Shown here: positions 9,419-19,124 of the stretch, piece by piece | Layout of the letters: each line of letters starts with the position of its first letter | How positions within the stretch are numbered: the first letter of the stretch is position 1 | Assembly (NCBI GenBank): GCA_030424715.1 | Contig: JAUHWH010000003.1 | Location: forward strand, 4,148-68,147 | Source of the DNA: Bdellovibrionia bacterium | GTDB lineage: Bacteria > Bdellovibrionota > Bdellovibrionia > Bdellovibrionales > JAGQZY01 | Length of the DNA stretch: 64,000 nt | Reading direction: 5' to 3' | Notes under the pieces: generated by a model | What the model was told of the DNA's origin: nothing | What the model saw: only the letters and a program-made list of their open reading frames with translations | Databases searched by the model: none | Made by a program: the position numbers and the translations under genes

Positions 9419-10033
9419 ATGAAATCCAAAAAAATCTATGAGCCCTTCCCTTGGAGGGCGCTCGAAGTTCAGCCAGTTATTGGTGTGGACGAGGTGGGTC
9501 GCGGCTGCTTGGCTGGTCCCGTCTATGCCGCTGCTGTGATTATTCCGGACGGATTCGACACCACCGGACTCACTGATTCAAAAAAGCTATCCGAAAAAAC
9601 CAGAGAAATCCTAGCAAAACGCATTCATGCGGGTTGTTTGGTTTCCCTCGGTTTTGCAAGTGTTGAGGAGATTGATAAGATCAATATCCTTTGGGCCTCG
9701 CTGCTTGCAATGAAGCGGGCTGTGGATGGGCTCAAGCAAACGGAAGGTCAGGTGTTGGTGGATGGTAACAAAGAGATCCCGAAAATCAGTCTTCCTCAAA
9801 CCACTTTAGTGAAAGGGGATTTTCGGGCCGAACCCATCGCTGCGGCATCCATTGTTGCGAAGGTCTATCGCGACAACTTGATGAAGCAACTGGCCGAAGA
9901 GTTCCCTGGGTATGGTCTGGAAGGACACAAAGGTTATGCCACCGTACCCCACAAAGAAGCCATTAAAGTCTTGGGTCCCCAAGCCTTTCACCGCAAAACA
10001 TTTGCCGGAGTCAAAGAGCACCTGTCGCAATAG
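9419..10033 (+). CDS. rnhB: ribonuclease HII
   Basis: Contains IGVDEVGRGCLAGPVYAAAV (DEVGRG catalytic motif), DSKKLS, and ASIVAKVYRD. Confidence 0.9.
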   Translation: MKSKKIYEPFPWRALEVQPVIGVDEVGRGCLAGPVYAAAVIIPDGFDTTGLTDSKKLSEKTREILAKRIHAGCLVSLGFASVEEIDKINILWASLLAMKRAVDGLKQTEGQVLVDGNKEIPKISLPQTTLVKGDFRAEPIAAASIVAKVYRDNLMKQLAEEFPGYGLEGHKGYATVPHKEAIKVLGPQAFHRKTFAGVKEHLSQ

Positions 10034-10355
10034 TGCATCGGCTCTAGGGCAGTACAGCGAAACTCTTGTTCAAGAGTTTTTCGAAAATCAAAATTATCAA
10101 TTGAAAGCGCGCAACCAAAAGTACTGTGGGGTTGAGCTTGATTTGGTTTTCTATAAAAACCACTGGGTGGTGGTTGAGGTTAAAAGTTTACGGTGTTGGG
10201 ATGAAATGCACTTTCGCCTTGGACCGAAACAAAAGCAACGACTGCAGTTTGCCTGTCATGCCTTGCAAGATCGCACCGGCGAGCTTGTTGAGCTGTTTTT
10301 TGCTTTTGTGGTCCGTGGAGAGATAAAGGTGATCGGAGCGGCAGAGGTTCTTTAA
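10002..10355 (+). CDS. yraN: YraN-family (UPF0102) endonuclease-like protein
   Basis: Contains GQYSETLVQEFFENQNYQLKARNQKYCGVELDLVFYKNHWVVVEVKS (the E..D-L..V-EVK pattern). No in-frame ATG follows the rnhB stop. TTG at 10002 is my best guess. The open frame extends back to 9912. Confidence 0.65.
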   Translation: MPESKSTCRNSASALGQYSETLVQEFFENQNYQLKARNQKYCGVELDLVFYKNHWVVVEVKSLRCWDEMHFRLGPKQKQRLQFACHALQDRTGELVELFFAFVVRGEIKVIGAAEVL

Positions 10356-10399
10356 ACGGAGGCAATCCGTTTGGGATAAAGACGCTTCAAGGGAGAACC

Positions 10400-10560
10400 G
10401 TCTTCCGGGAGGGGTAGTATGCTCAGGCGAGGGAGAAGCGTCTAAAGTAGAGGGGGAAGTGTCTTCCGAGCGGAGTAGTATGCTCAGGTGAGAGAGAAGC
10501 GTCTTTAGTAGAGGGGGAAATGTCTTCAGTGGTGGGGGCGTCTTGATTAGAGAGAGGCGG
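10400..10560. repeat. purine-rich 61-bp imperfect tandem repeat, about 2.6 copies, between convergent genes
   Basis: Copy 1 (10400..10460) and copy 2 (10461..10521) differ at 8 of 61 positions by my hand alignment. A partial third copy starts at 10522. Each unit carries GTAGTATGCTCAGG, GAGAAGCGTCT and GTAGAGGGGGAA. Confidence 0.8.
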
Positions 10561-10617
10561 GCGCCGATTCTGTTTTTTTCGTCCCAGGTTCTTTTGGCTC
10601 CCCAGTTGTCCTCAGTT

Positions 10618-11313
10618 TTAAGAACCCGCGGGACTTCTGAATTTTACAATGTATCCCCACAGCGTCAGTTGTAGAAGGGTGAGGGCCAAGAAAAGCTTTG
10701 CCGCTGAAATAATGAATAATTCGAGATCCGGTTTAAAAAGAACAAAACAAACCAACAGACTTATGAAACCCGTCGCCATAATGTCGAATGTGACAACAAA
10801 ACGTTTCGCTGCCACATTCGCTGCTTTCCACAAAACACTACCGAGAATGACTAGTCCGAGCACAGTGCTCGCGTGTTGCAAAAACCATGAGTAAGGAAAA
10901 AGGCCAAAGGACCCGACGGGCACTTCAGTTTCTAGAATGGGGATGAGTCGGGTGCCAAACTGATCGACATGGGTGAAGGAGTCCCAAAGTAGATGCGTGA
11001 AGGCCCCAAGCCAGACCGACAAGACAACCCTCGGCGGGCGACAGTCTTCTTGCTTCAAGTTCCAATGAGGGAAGAGATCGTCAAGAGCATGAATCCAGAT
11101 CTTGCGATACACAAAGAACAAGAGGAGTCCCAAGGGGACAGAGAACCAAAACAGACCGTTCCATTGGTGACTGATGCGATTCTCAGGATACAAATTCAGC
11201 AGGTGCTCAGCGTCGGGGGTTAGGGTGCCAATAACAAGGGCAGAAAAACAAAGTAAGGAGCTATTACGAAAAGGCAGGGCGGCAATGGCATGGGCCGGGG
11301 TGTAGGGCATCAA
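10618..11313 (-). CDS. DUF4184-like integral membrane protein (putative metal-dependent hydrolase fold)
   Basis: 231-aa ORF. The MMPYTPAHAIAALPF N-terminus and the histidine-rich motifs FTHLLWDSFTH match my memory of DUF4184. Several TM helices are present. Confidence 0.45.
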   Translation of the reverse strand: MMPYTPAHAIAALPFRNSSLLCFSALVIGTLTPDAEHLLNLYPENRISHQWNGLFWFSVPLGLLLFFVYRKIWIHALDDLFPHWNLKQEDCRPPRVVLSVWLGAFTHLLWDSFTHVDQFGTRLIPILETEVPVGSFGLFPYSWFLQHASTVLGLVILGSVLWKAANVAAKRFVVTFDIMATGFISLLVCFVLFKPDLELFIISAAKLFLALTLLQLTLWGYIVKFRSPAGS

Positions 11314-11406
11314 AAGCGTCCTTCGTTGTTCTGACTCGCTTGACTGAATTGTTGGCAGACCATGGTCGCGGTTGATTTTACCTCTAAGTTAAGAAACAAT
11401 ATAAAG

Positions 11407-11856
11407 ATGCAACTGTCACTTCGAACTCTCGTCATCGTCCTGATCACCTCGCTTGGGTTATTTTGTCCTAACACGTCTCGTGCCGATGGTGGAAGAGAGT
11501 TTTTACTCAGTTGCACCTACGGTGTTCTTGCCGGGGCTCTTGTTGGTGCCGCGTCTTTAGCGGTTGAAGACAATCCCAGTGACAAGGTTCATCGCGTGGC
11601 TAGAGGGGCGTCTCTCGGGTTGTACGGTGGTATTATCTTGGGCCTTTATGTTGTCTATGTGGTGCCGGCTCAAATTGAGGCCAATGAGAATCAAGAATTA
11701 GAAGAGCAGTATGAAGAGGTCATCGAGCCCGACGACTACGGGAGCTTTCAACAACAAATGCGTCGCTACGAGCCGCCCAAACTTTCAATCTATCCCGTGA
11801 TTGAAAACAATCGGGTGACCGGTGCGGCCCTGAACTACAGTATCGTCCGCTTCTAG
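11407..11856 (+). CDS. hypothetical secreted/membrane protein with Gly-zipper-like helices and an acidic linker
   Basis: From ATG 11407: MQLSLRTLVIVLITSLGLFCPNTSRADG (signal-like), GVLAGALVGAASLAV and GLYGGIILGLYVVYVV segments, and a C-terminus ending in SIVRF. The choice between starts at 11362 and 11407 is uncertain. Confidence 0.5.
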   Translation: MQLSLRTLVIVLITSLGLFCPNTSRADGGREFLLSCTYGVLAGALVGAASLAVEDNPSDKVHRVARGASLGLYGGIILGLYVVYVVPAQIEANENQELEEQYEEVIEPDDYGSFQQQMRRYEPPKLSIYPVIENNRVTGAALNYSIVRF

Positions 11857-11871
11857 GGTTTTACTCAGCCC

Positions 11872-14238
11872 CTATTCTCCAAATTGAAATTCCATGCTGA
11901 TTGAGGGCATGATGCTTGAGTTATCGACGGCTTTGATAATCTCCGCATTGAGAGTCCAGCATGATCCGGGCGGGGAAATCTGCATCGCCACCCGCCATGA
12001 TTGGAAGGGATCAGACTTCACCGTGGCGTCTCGACCGGCGTTAAGATCGACACTGGTTGAACCGAAAAAGTACACATAGGGCATGGCCAAACCGGTGCTA
12101 AAGGTTAAGAATTCCAATTTAGAGTTTTGGTTGACCGGAGGGTCTGAGAAAAAGTTAAAAGTCTTGGTGTACCCCACATCCACAAAACTGGCCGCAAAGT
12201 TATAGCGAGTGTTCGTACTCCAGCGGGTCTCGTTATGGTAGGGGAAGTAGGCGGTCTCCCAGCGTTGTGATATGGGGCCCACTTCAAATTCACCAAGGGT
12301 GTTTAAAGACTGCCAGGCTCTAGCGTCGTCACCTTTACGCAGTTCGTAGATGTCTAAGGCTTGCGAAACACGAAAATAAAAAGCTCGAGTGTAGCCACCG
12401 TCAAGATCATCGGCATCACTCAAATCTCTACGAATCACTTTATTGGCGATACCGAAGTCAATAAATTGGTTACCAATAACACGGTCTCTTTGATCAAATT
12501 GAATACCACGCCCGCCGGCCCGCCAATCCGAGTCGGAATCATCCATGGGGAGCAATTCTCGAAAGTAGCGCAGGGGTTCGGTGTTACCAAAAAAATTGTG
12601 TTTGGTTTGGTGAATTTTAGGGATGTATCGTAAATTGACTTCTGGAACGATGGAGTGTTTTAAGCGTGTCTCTTTGCTCCAATCGTAAACGCGGTTGATG
12701 TCGCTTTTCACGTTAAGCCCCAGCTGAGTGTAGAAACGTGACGGAAAGGCATCGTAGCCTTGGGAGGGATCCGAGGGCACACCCAAAGAGTACTGCGTGT
12801 AACGAAAAGCCAATGAAGGGTCCACGTCAAGAACATTGCCCACCCAGAAAGGCGCGTGGAATCTTGGCATCACGTCAAGGCGTTGACCTGTGCGAATCAT
12901 ATCGCCATAAGCCAAGTCGCTGGCGGCGGGTTGGCCTGCGGGAGTACCATAGATAAAAGAGCCGGTGGATTGCGCCGTGGGGTGGCAGATTTCGTCGGTG
13001 ACCGTGACTTTGTTACCGTTTTTGTCCACCTGCGTGGTGTCGCATTCCGCGTTGGCTCGGGTGTGTTCGAACGCCAAACCTTTGCGATTGATCGCGAGGT
13101 ACTGGGCGTCGAGCCGAAAGAACAAGTTTAAATCATCAGATAACTTGTAGTCGTTGGTCTCAAAATTGATTTCAGGTAAACGATGCAAACTGTTGTCGTC
13201 ACGAAAGCCAAACTCGGGTTCTATCTGGCTCTGGTAGTAGCTGGCTTCGAGGGTCAGAAGAGATTCGTCGAAGGCCTTACTCAATGAAACGTTATTGGCC
13301 AAGGCGGGCTCTCCGTTGTGGAGAAACTGGTTAAAGAAATCAAAGGCGTATTTGCGGTCACTGGCCAACGCAATTTCTGTGCGTTGGGTATAATCGTTCG
13401 GCAAATCGTAATGGTGTCCGTATTCAACGAACCAGCGGTTTTTTAAGTTATCGTTCGATATTGTTCTATCTCGCAAGAAGGCGGTATTGAACTGCCCGCT
13501 ACTGGTCGGTGATATCACATAGCGATAGTTGGCCAAGGCCTGCTGGCCCCGTTTTTCGTAATTGATCAAGGAGAATGTGGCATCATGGGAGCGATCGATC
13601 GCCCAGAAAAAAGGTTGTTCGACAGCAAAACCACCATCCCCATTGGAAAAGGGTTTGGGAACTAAAAAACCTGTTTGGCGTTTTGAATTCAGGGGCACCA
13701 CAAGGTAGGGCAGAGGCAGCACCGGAAACTGCAAAAGGTGCAACCATGGTCGCGAGATGTAGGCGTAACCACCGATCTCGGCGATCACATTAGATGCTGT
13801 AAACCCCCACGAAGGAGGGCAGGTTATGCAGGCCGTGTAATAAGCGTCATCGGCCATGTATTCTGATTCACCAATTTTTTCGATCACTGCGGCCTCAATA
13901 AGAACCTGACCCGAGGTCACCACTCCGTTGTAAAGAGTCCCTTTGTTGGTGTCATAATTAAACTTGATTTTTTCTCCACGCAGGGTGGTGCGCCCATTTT
14001 GTAAAACCACATTGCCCTCGGCGATAATCGTGCTGGTCTCTTCGTAGACGATGGCTCGGTCACAGAGCAGGTGCTGCTGTGAGAAGATAACGTTGACCGC
14101 TCCATTGAGTTCTAGGGTTTGGCTTTTTTTGTCTTTAATCATCTCTTGGGCGTCGGCGATGATTTGAGTTTTGGCGTGCCCCACGAGTGGGTCAAGAAGT
14201 GCACAAAAAACAATCAGAATAAGCCCTATTTTTTTCAC
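11872..14238 (-). CDS. lptD: LPS-assembly outer-membrane protein LptD (OstA family)
   Basis: 788 aa with a signal peptide. The OstA N-domain reads LELNGAVNVIFSQQHLLCDRAIVYEETSTIIAEGNVVL...GEKIKFNYDTNKG, followed by YYTACITCPPSWGF and RQTGFLVPKPF. Confidence 0.85.
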   Translation of the reverse strand: MKKIGLILIVFCALLDPLVGHAKTQIIADAQEMIKDKKSQTLELNGAVNVIFSQQHLLCDRAIVYEETSTIIAEGNVVLQNGRTTLRGEKIKFNYDTNKGTLYNGVVTSGQVLIEAAVIEKIGESEYMADDAYYTACITCPPSWGFTASNVIAEIGGYAYISRPWLHLLQFPVLPLPYLVVPLNSKRQTGFLVPKPFSNGDGGFAVEQPFFWAIDRSHDATFSLINYEKRGQQALANYRYVISPTSSGQFNTAFLRDRTISNDNLKNRWFVEYGHHYDLPNDYTQRTEIALASDRKYAFDFFNQFLHNGEPALANNVSLSKAFDESLLTLEASYYQSQIEPEFGFRDDNSLHRLPEINFETNDYKLSDDLNLFFRLDAQYLAINRKGLAFEHTRANAECDTTQVDKNGNKVTVTDEICHPTAQSTGSFIYGTPAGQPAASDLAYGDMIRTGQRLDVMPRFHAPFWVGNVLDVDPSLAFRYTQYSLGVPSDPSQGYDAFPSRFYTQLGLNVKSDINRVYDWSKETRLKHSIVPEVNLRYIPKIHQTKHNFFGNTEPLRYFRELLPMDDSDSDWRAGGRGIQFDQRDRVIGNQFIDFGIANKVIRRDLSDADDLDGGYTRAFYFRVSQALDIYELRKGDDARAWQSLNTLGEFEVGPISQRWETAYFPYHNETRWSTNTRYNFAASFVDVGYTKTFNFFSDPPVNQNSKLEFLTFSTGLAMPYVYFFGSTSVDLNAGRDATVKSDPFQSWRVAMQISPPGSCWTLNAEIIKAVDNSSIMPSISMEFQFGE

Positions 14239-14245
14239 GCAGCCT

Positions 14246-17149
14246 CTATTTGGTCGTCATGGTGAAAACACCATCCCAGTTCTTTTCAGGAGGTTGTTTA
14301 ATATAGTCTTGGCAGCGTTTTATGTAGAGTTGACTAGTCAAGTCAGCCGCATTCACCTTGAGAGCCGCGTTGAACTCCTCTGTGGCCTTTTCAAACTGCA
14401 TTTCGTGGTAAAAATTGAATCCCGAGTTAAAGTGCTGCACTTGCGCCTTCTGCTCGGCCGTAGTTTCTCCCATGTCCATAAGTTCGAAAATGCGAACCGG
14501 TTCATTTTTACCCTTCACTTTGACCCAGTCGATCTCACGAAACAAGAATTCGTCTTCACTGATTTGGGCGCGAGTGAATTCGCTGATGATAATACGGGTG
14601 CCATATTGTTTGTTGATCCCCTCAAGGCGCGCGCCCAAGTTGACAGCGTCACCCATAACGGTGTAGTTACGGACCGTTTCAGAACCCATGTTTCCAACGC
14701 TCATCTCACCGGTATTGACGCCGATTCCGATATCGAGCATGGGTAGCCCTTGCGCTTCATAGATCTTTTGCAGTTCAAAAAGTTTTTCGATTTGCAGAAG
14801 CGAGGCTCGGCAGGCTTGGGCGGCATGGGTTTTTGAAGGAACAGGAGCGCCAAAAAAGGCCATAATCGCATCACCCATGTATTTGTCCAATGTTCCAGAA
14901 TTTTTGAAAATGATGTCTGTCATTGGGGTCAAGTAGTGATTGAGGAGATCAGATAAAGCCTTCGGATCCAGCTGCTCTGAAATAGTGGTGAAGCCTCGAA
15001 TGTCGGAAAAGAAAACACTCATCTCAACCTTCATACCGCCTAACTCAAGCTTTGATGGATCTTTAAGGATTTCTTCCACAATTTCAGGGGAGACGTACTT
15101 CTGAAAAGTTCCTTTGAGCTGCTTCTTTTTTCTTTCTTCAGTGAAATACTTAAAGAAGGTTAAGAAGGTGTACAAAGTGGCAATGGTTGCTATGGGAAAC
15201 AAGATTGTCACGACCGTGCCCTTGGGGAATATCAATAGGGTGTCCACCAAATAGATCGCGAACAAAGAAAGGGTGGCAATAAAAAGTCCGATCAGGGCGC
15301 CAAAGTAAGAAACGACGAAACTAAACAGAATCCCGAGGACCAACACAAAGAAGGGCATGACATAGGCTTCTTTAGGGTTGGTCTTCAAATAATCTTGTCG
15401 CAGAAGATTGTCGAGCAGATTGGCGTGGGTTTCGACTCCAGGATAGTTCTCTTCAAAAGGGGTGACTCGCAGATCGTAGATTCCTGTTGCCGTCGCTCCA
15501 AAAATAAAGTTTTTGTCTTTCAAGTACTCCAGTCTATCGACTTCAAACTCTTCTTCGATCCAATCACCATCCTTATTGAGGAGGCGCTGTTGGATGGTCA
15601 GTGTTGGCTTGTCATCAAGAATTTCTCCCGCACTTAGATAAGAAAACATCTTTTGTGGGCCCGCATAGTTGATTTGTAGCTGACCACGATGATCGGTGGG
15701 TATGGTTAAGACATGTTCTCCATCGCCGTTCTCTAATTTAACGTTCGTTACGATATTTGACTCCGGAGGATTTTCATAGGGATTGGGCAAAAGATTGGCG
15801 GTGGGATAGAGATCTTTCACGACTAAAAATGTTTTAAAAGCGAGGCTTGGAATAAAGAGACTTCCGTTGCGGACAAAAAGCTTAGCTCTTCGAACACTAC
15901 CGTCTTTGTCCTGGGTAGCATTAAAGGTACCGGAGTGTTCAACGACGTCATTGATACTTGGAATGTTAAAGAGCCAACGATCCACGTGGTGCACCGGATT
16001 GCTGAGGTTGGTGATCTGTATGTAGTCGACGGCTTGATCGAAAGTGAGGCCTTGAAACTTGTCGTATTCTTTTGTGATGGTATCCCAGTTTTCCTTAAAA
16101 GTGGGGGTGAGTTCATCTTTAGAAGTTAAGTATCGTAGGCAGTAGTCATTGAGTTCTTGGCGCATATCGGCGCGCACGTCGACCAACTCTTTATGTGGGA
16201 AAAGTCGACTCAATGTGTTCCAGGGCACTGTTTTTGAGAAATCAGTCTCTTCGTAGAGTTCCTTCTTTTGTTGAATAAAAAGGGTGAGTAAGAGGACAGT
16301 TCCTTTCTTAGACAAAGAAAAGCCCCTTTCCTCGAGCAAATGGCTTACGGGATGATCGGGGTTATCTTGCAGCCATTGGTAAGAGACATTTTGTTGCAAA
16401 TTATCGAAGTGGTCTAGCAGGATATTGTGCCAGGAGGTGGGGAGAGCCACCTCGGCGGCATTCTGCAGTCCAATGAGATAAGACTCTTTATCCCAGTAGT
16501 CGAACACATCGTTTTTTTTAGTTATATCCAAAAAACATGCGTCTTGAAAAGGGAAGGGGTGATATTCAAATTCGTCGTACACGGCACCAAGAATCATCTT
16601 TGCAGAGTGTCTCTCAATGGCCGCCGTCAGGTGTCTGTCGTGGTCGAGTTTGATTTTTTCTTCGGCAAAAACCTTATCCAGGGCCCCGGCATCCTTTGGT
16701 AGATTTTTTTTAAGTTTTCCTTGGATGGAATCGAGAGAATTGAGCATGGTCTCTTGTTTTTCTGAAAAGATAATATCAAACGCGATACTGCGAGCCCCGT
16801 GTTTCATAATACCGTCGATGACATTGGCAATGAGGGTTCGAGGCCAAGGCCAACGTCCGTATTTCTGAATGGCCTTTTCATCGATGGTCAAGATGGCAAC
16901 ATCGTCACTGCCTTTGCGTGGGCCCCGTTGGCGAAGCCGAAAGTCGATGGTTTGGTTGTGAAGGCGTTCAACTTCTGAGAGAAGAGGGTATTGCTCGACC
17001 ACGGCCGGATCGCGGTAGGAGATATAGTAAAACTGAACCAATCCCGCTAGGACGCAGGAAAGCAGACATCCCACAAAAAACGGCGTGGACAAAAACTTGA
17101 GAGTCAGGGAGAAGATCTTTGTCATATCAATAGTTTGTCTCGTATTCAA
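14246..17149 (-). CDS. CHASE2 sensor domain-containing class III adenylate/guanylate cyclase
   Basis: 967 aa. It has an N-terminal TM helix, a large extracytoplasmic region (DDVAILTIDEKAIQKYGRWPWPR is CHASE2-like) and three TM helices. The cyclase core reads VFFSDIRGFTTISEQL...DKYMGDAIMAFFGAP...GVNTGEMSVGNMGS...YTVMGDAVNLGARLE. Confidence 0.85.
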   Translation of the reverse strand: MNTRQTIDMTKIFSLTLKFLSTPFFVGCLLSCVLAGLVQFYYISYRDPAVVEQYPLLSEVERLHNQTIDFRLRQRGPRKGSDDVAILTIDEKAIQKYGRWPWPRTLIANVIDGIMKHGARSIAFDIIFSEKQETMLNSLDSIQGKLKKNLPKDAGALDKVFAEEKIKLDHDRHLTAAIERHSAKMILGAVYDEFEYHPFPFQDACFLDITKKNDVFDYWDKESYLIGLQNAAEVALPTSWHNILLDHFDNLQQNVSYQWLQDNPDHPVSHLLEERGFSLSKKGTVLLLTLFIQQKKELYEETDFSKTVPWNTLSRLFPHKELVDVRADMRQELNDYCLRYLTSKDELTPTFKENWDTITKEYDKFQGLTFDQAVDYIQITNLSNPVHHVDRWLFNIPSINDVVEHSGTFNATQDKDGSVRRAKLFVRNGSLFIPSLAFKTFLVVKDLYPTANLLPNPYENPPESNIVTNVKLENGDGEHVLTIPTDHRGQLQINYAGPQKMFSYLSAGEILDDKPTLTIQQRLLNKDGDWIEEEFEVDRLEYLKDKNFIFGATATGIYDLRVTPFEENYPGVETHANLLDNLLRQDYLKTNPKEAYVMPFFVLVLGILFSFVVSYFGALIGLFIATLSLFAIYLVDTLLIFPKGTVVTILFPIATIATLYTFLTFFKYFTEERKKKQLKGTFQKYVSPEIVEEILKDPSKLELGGMKVEMSVFFSDIRGFTTISEQLDPKALSDLLNHYLTPMTDIIFKNSGTLDKYMGDAIMAFFGAPVPSKTHAAQACRASLLQIEKLFELQKIYEAQGLPMLDIGIGVNTGEMSVGNMGSETVRNYTVMGDAVNLGARLEGINKQYGTRIIISEFTRAQISEDEFLFREIDWVKVKGKNEPVRIFELMDMGETTAEQKAQVQHFNSGFNFYHEMQFEKATEEFNAALKVNAADLTSQLYIKRCQDYIKQPPEKNWDGVFTMTTK

Positions 17150-17278
17150 GCCACAGGCAAGGGAAATGCCACCTCGACTTTTAGTTAAAAGAAGGCGCGT
17201 TGAATCGCTAAATGTTCCAAGCTTCGCTATCCTAGAGGGAGTCGTGTTGATTGCGTAACTACTTTTAGAGGAGACCTT

Positions 17279-17644
17279 ATGAAGGCAAAGCTGGCGGTGA
17301 ATAAAGATGTGGTCGTGGTGAATTTAAGTGGACGTATCAACATGGAGTACACCGAAGTTTTTCGTCAGGCTTGTCTGGGAGACATTAGCCGACGTGCTGA
17401 TAAAATAGTTTTTAATCTGCAAGAATTGAGCTTCGTTGGCTCCAATGGCATCATGCCCTTTGTGAACGCTATTACTGCACTCGCCAGCATCGAGAAAAAA
17501 CAACTGCGATTCTGCGGAGTCGGGTCTGAATTTAAAAAGATCTTCGCGGCCAGTCCCTTGTCGAATATCCAAATTTTTGAAAACACGGACAGCGCCATTG
17601 CCTCGCTTCGAAACCTTACTTTTTTAGGTGACGAGCCCGCTTAA
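17279..17644 (+). CDS. STAS-domain protein (anti-sigma-factor antagonist-like)
   Basis: 121 aa. The segment VVVVNLSGRINMEYTEVFRQ...VFNLQELSFVGSNGIMPF has SpoIIAA-like topology with a Ser in the SFVGSNG loop. Confidence 0.65.
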   Translation: MKAKLAVNKDVVVVNLSGRINMEYTEVFRQACLGDISRRADKIVFNLQELSFVGSNGIMPFVNAITALASIEKKQLRFCGVGSEFKKIFAASPLSNIQIFENTDSAIASLRNLTFLGDEPA

Positions 17645-18972
17645 ACGTCGAGTTCCGGGCCTTTTGCCGTTGTGCGGTACTGGCTAGCAAAGACCTGCTG
17701 TATCCGATCTTGAAATTCTGAGTTGTCACTATTGTTTGGTTCCACGGTGGTCGGGAGCTCTTCTTTCTTTTGGGCTTGTTCAGCGGATCGAGACACTCGA
17801 GACGCCTGGGAATCCTGACTCAATTGTCGGTTTATTTTTTCTAAAGCCTGAGATTTAAGTTCTTCTTTCTCAAGGCGAGCTTGTGCTGTGACCCAAAGAT
17901 TTTGTAGTGAAGAGAGTTGCTCAGAAATTTCTTCATTGTCTTTCGCAAGTTCCAGTATTTGTTTCTCGCAGTCTTTCAAAGTCTGTTGATCGGTCTCTCT
18001 TTGTCTTTGGAGGGTTTCCAGTTGCTTGTTGAGCTCCTGGGCTTTGCTCGCTTGCAGTAGGCGAGAGGACTCACTTTTCTCTATTGCGCTCTGACTCTCT
18101 CTTTTCAGGCGAATGCGATCATTTTTAATCTCGCTGAGCTCGCTTGAGAGGTTCGATAGTTTTATGCGCAATTTCTTTTCGTCATGCAGCCGGTGCTGCA
18201 GATCTGAGATTTCTTCGGACAGAGTGGTCTTTTCTGACTTTAACCGTGAGTTGTCTTCTTGCAATTGAGTGATTTTACAGTCCATAGAGGCCAGGGCCTT
18301 CTGGCTGGTTTGTTTCAGGTTTTCTAGTTGTTGACGAAAAAAAGTCTCTTTCTCCGAGGTTTCGTTGTTGAGTTGTTCAAACTGCTTTTTCAAAAGACGG
18401 TTTGAGGCTTCGGCCTGATGAATTTGCTTTTGCTGTCGATTAAAGTTCTCGGCCATTTCAAGAAGAAACGATCGCAGTTTTTCTTTGGCGCGCGTTCGGA
18501 TGCGAGAAGTGATCGTTGCTTTTTCTTCAAGATCACGGATTTTTTTTGCACTAGCTGCCAAATCCCCTCGGCGCTCTTTTTCTTGCTGTTTTGAGGTAGT
18601 GAAGAGCTCGTTGTAGCGCCTTTCGAGTAGCTCGGACTCCTGTTGTAAGGCTTGATTCTGTCTTTCGATTTTTTCTTTTTGATGGGACCAAATGTTTTGT
18701 TTTTCTTTGATGATTTCCATTTGGGCCAGTACGTTTTCACGCTGGCGATTGAGGTTGGCCATCTCTTTTTCGTTTTCAATGAGTCTTTGCTCAAGCTGGG
18801 AGTTGCGACGAATGTTCACTTTTAAGCGAGAGGATAGATCATCGTTTTGCTGAATAAGCATCTCAACGGTGGCCGAGTGCAGGATATCGAGTGGGATGTT
18901 GTCGAGGTTCGGTGGAGGAGGCACTTCTGTTGGCAGAGGCACAGGGATCATTTCCAAATTGTTTTGTTTCAT
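17641..18972 (-). CDS. long coiled-coil protein, function unknown
   Basis: 443 aa from ATG 18972, preceded by AAGGAGGA. It is almost entirely heptad-like and E/K/Q/L-rich (QLEQRLIENEKEMANLNRQRENVLAQMEIIKEKQ...). There is no TM helix or signal peptide. Confidence 0.6.
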   Translation of the reverse strand: MKQNNLEMIPVPLPTEVPPPPNLDNIPLDILHSATVEMLIQQNDDLSSRLKVNIRRNSQLEQRLIENEKEMANLNRQRENVLAQMEIIKEKQNIWSHQKEKIERQNQALQQESELLERRYNELFTTSKQQEKERRGDLAASAKKIRDLEEKATITSRIRTRAKEKLRSFLLEMAENFNRQQKQIHQAEASNRLLKKQFEQLNNETSEKETFFRQQLENLKQTSQKALASMDCKITQLQEDNSRLKSEKTTLSEEISDLQHRLHDEKKLRIKLSNLSSELSEIKNDRIRLKRESQSAIEKSESSRLLQASKAQELNKQLETLQRQRETDQQTLKDCEKQILELAKDNEEISEQLSSLQNLWVTAQARLEKEELKSQALEKINRQLSQDSQASRVSRSAEQAQKKEELPTTVEPNNSDNSEFQDRIQQVFASQYRTTAKGPELDV

Positions 18973-19124
18973 TCTTCCTCCTTGAAGAACCGGTGGACAT
19001 TCCTTTGTCCGGCTCCTCCAGTATGGCAATTGCCACGATGTATGTCTAGACAGGGTCTTCTATGGCTCAAGATGAGATAGAAAACTGGACTAAAGAAGGA
19101 GCGAGATTTCTCCGATAAAGTCCT

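Noticed and set aside
10400-10560. Tandem repeats considered as a small CRISPR array
   Set aside because: The units are directly contiguous with no spacers. There are only about 2.6 copies, 13% diverged. No cas genes are present in the window.
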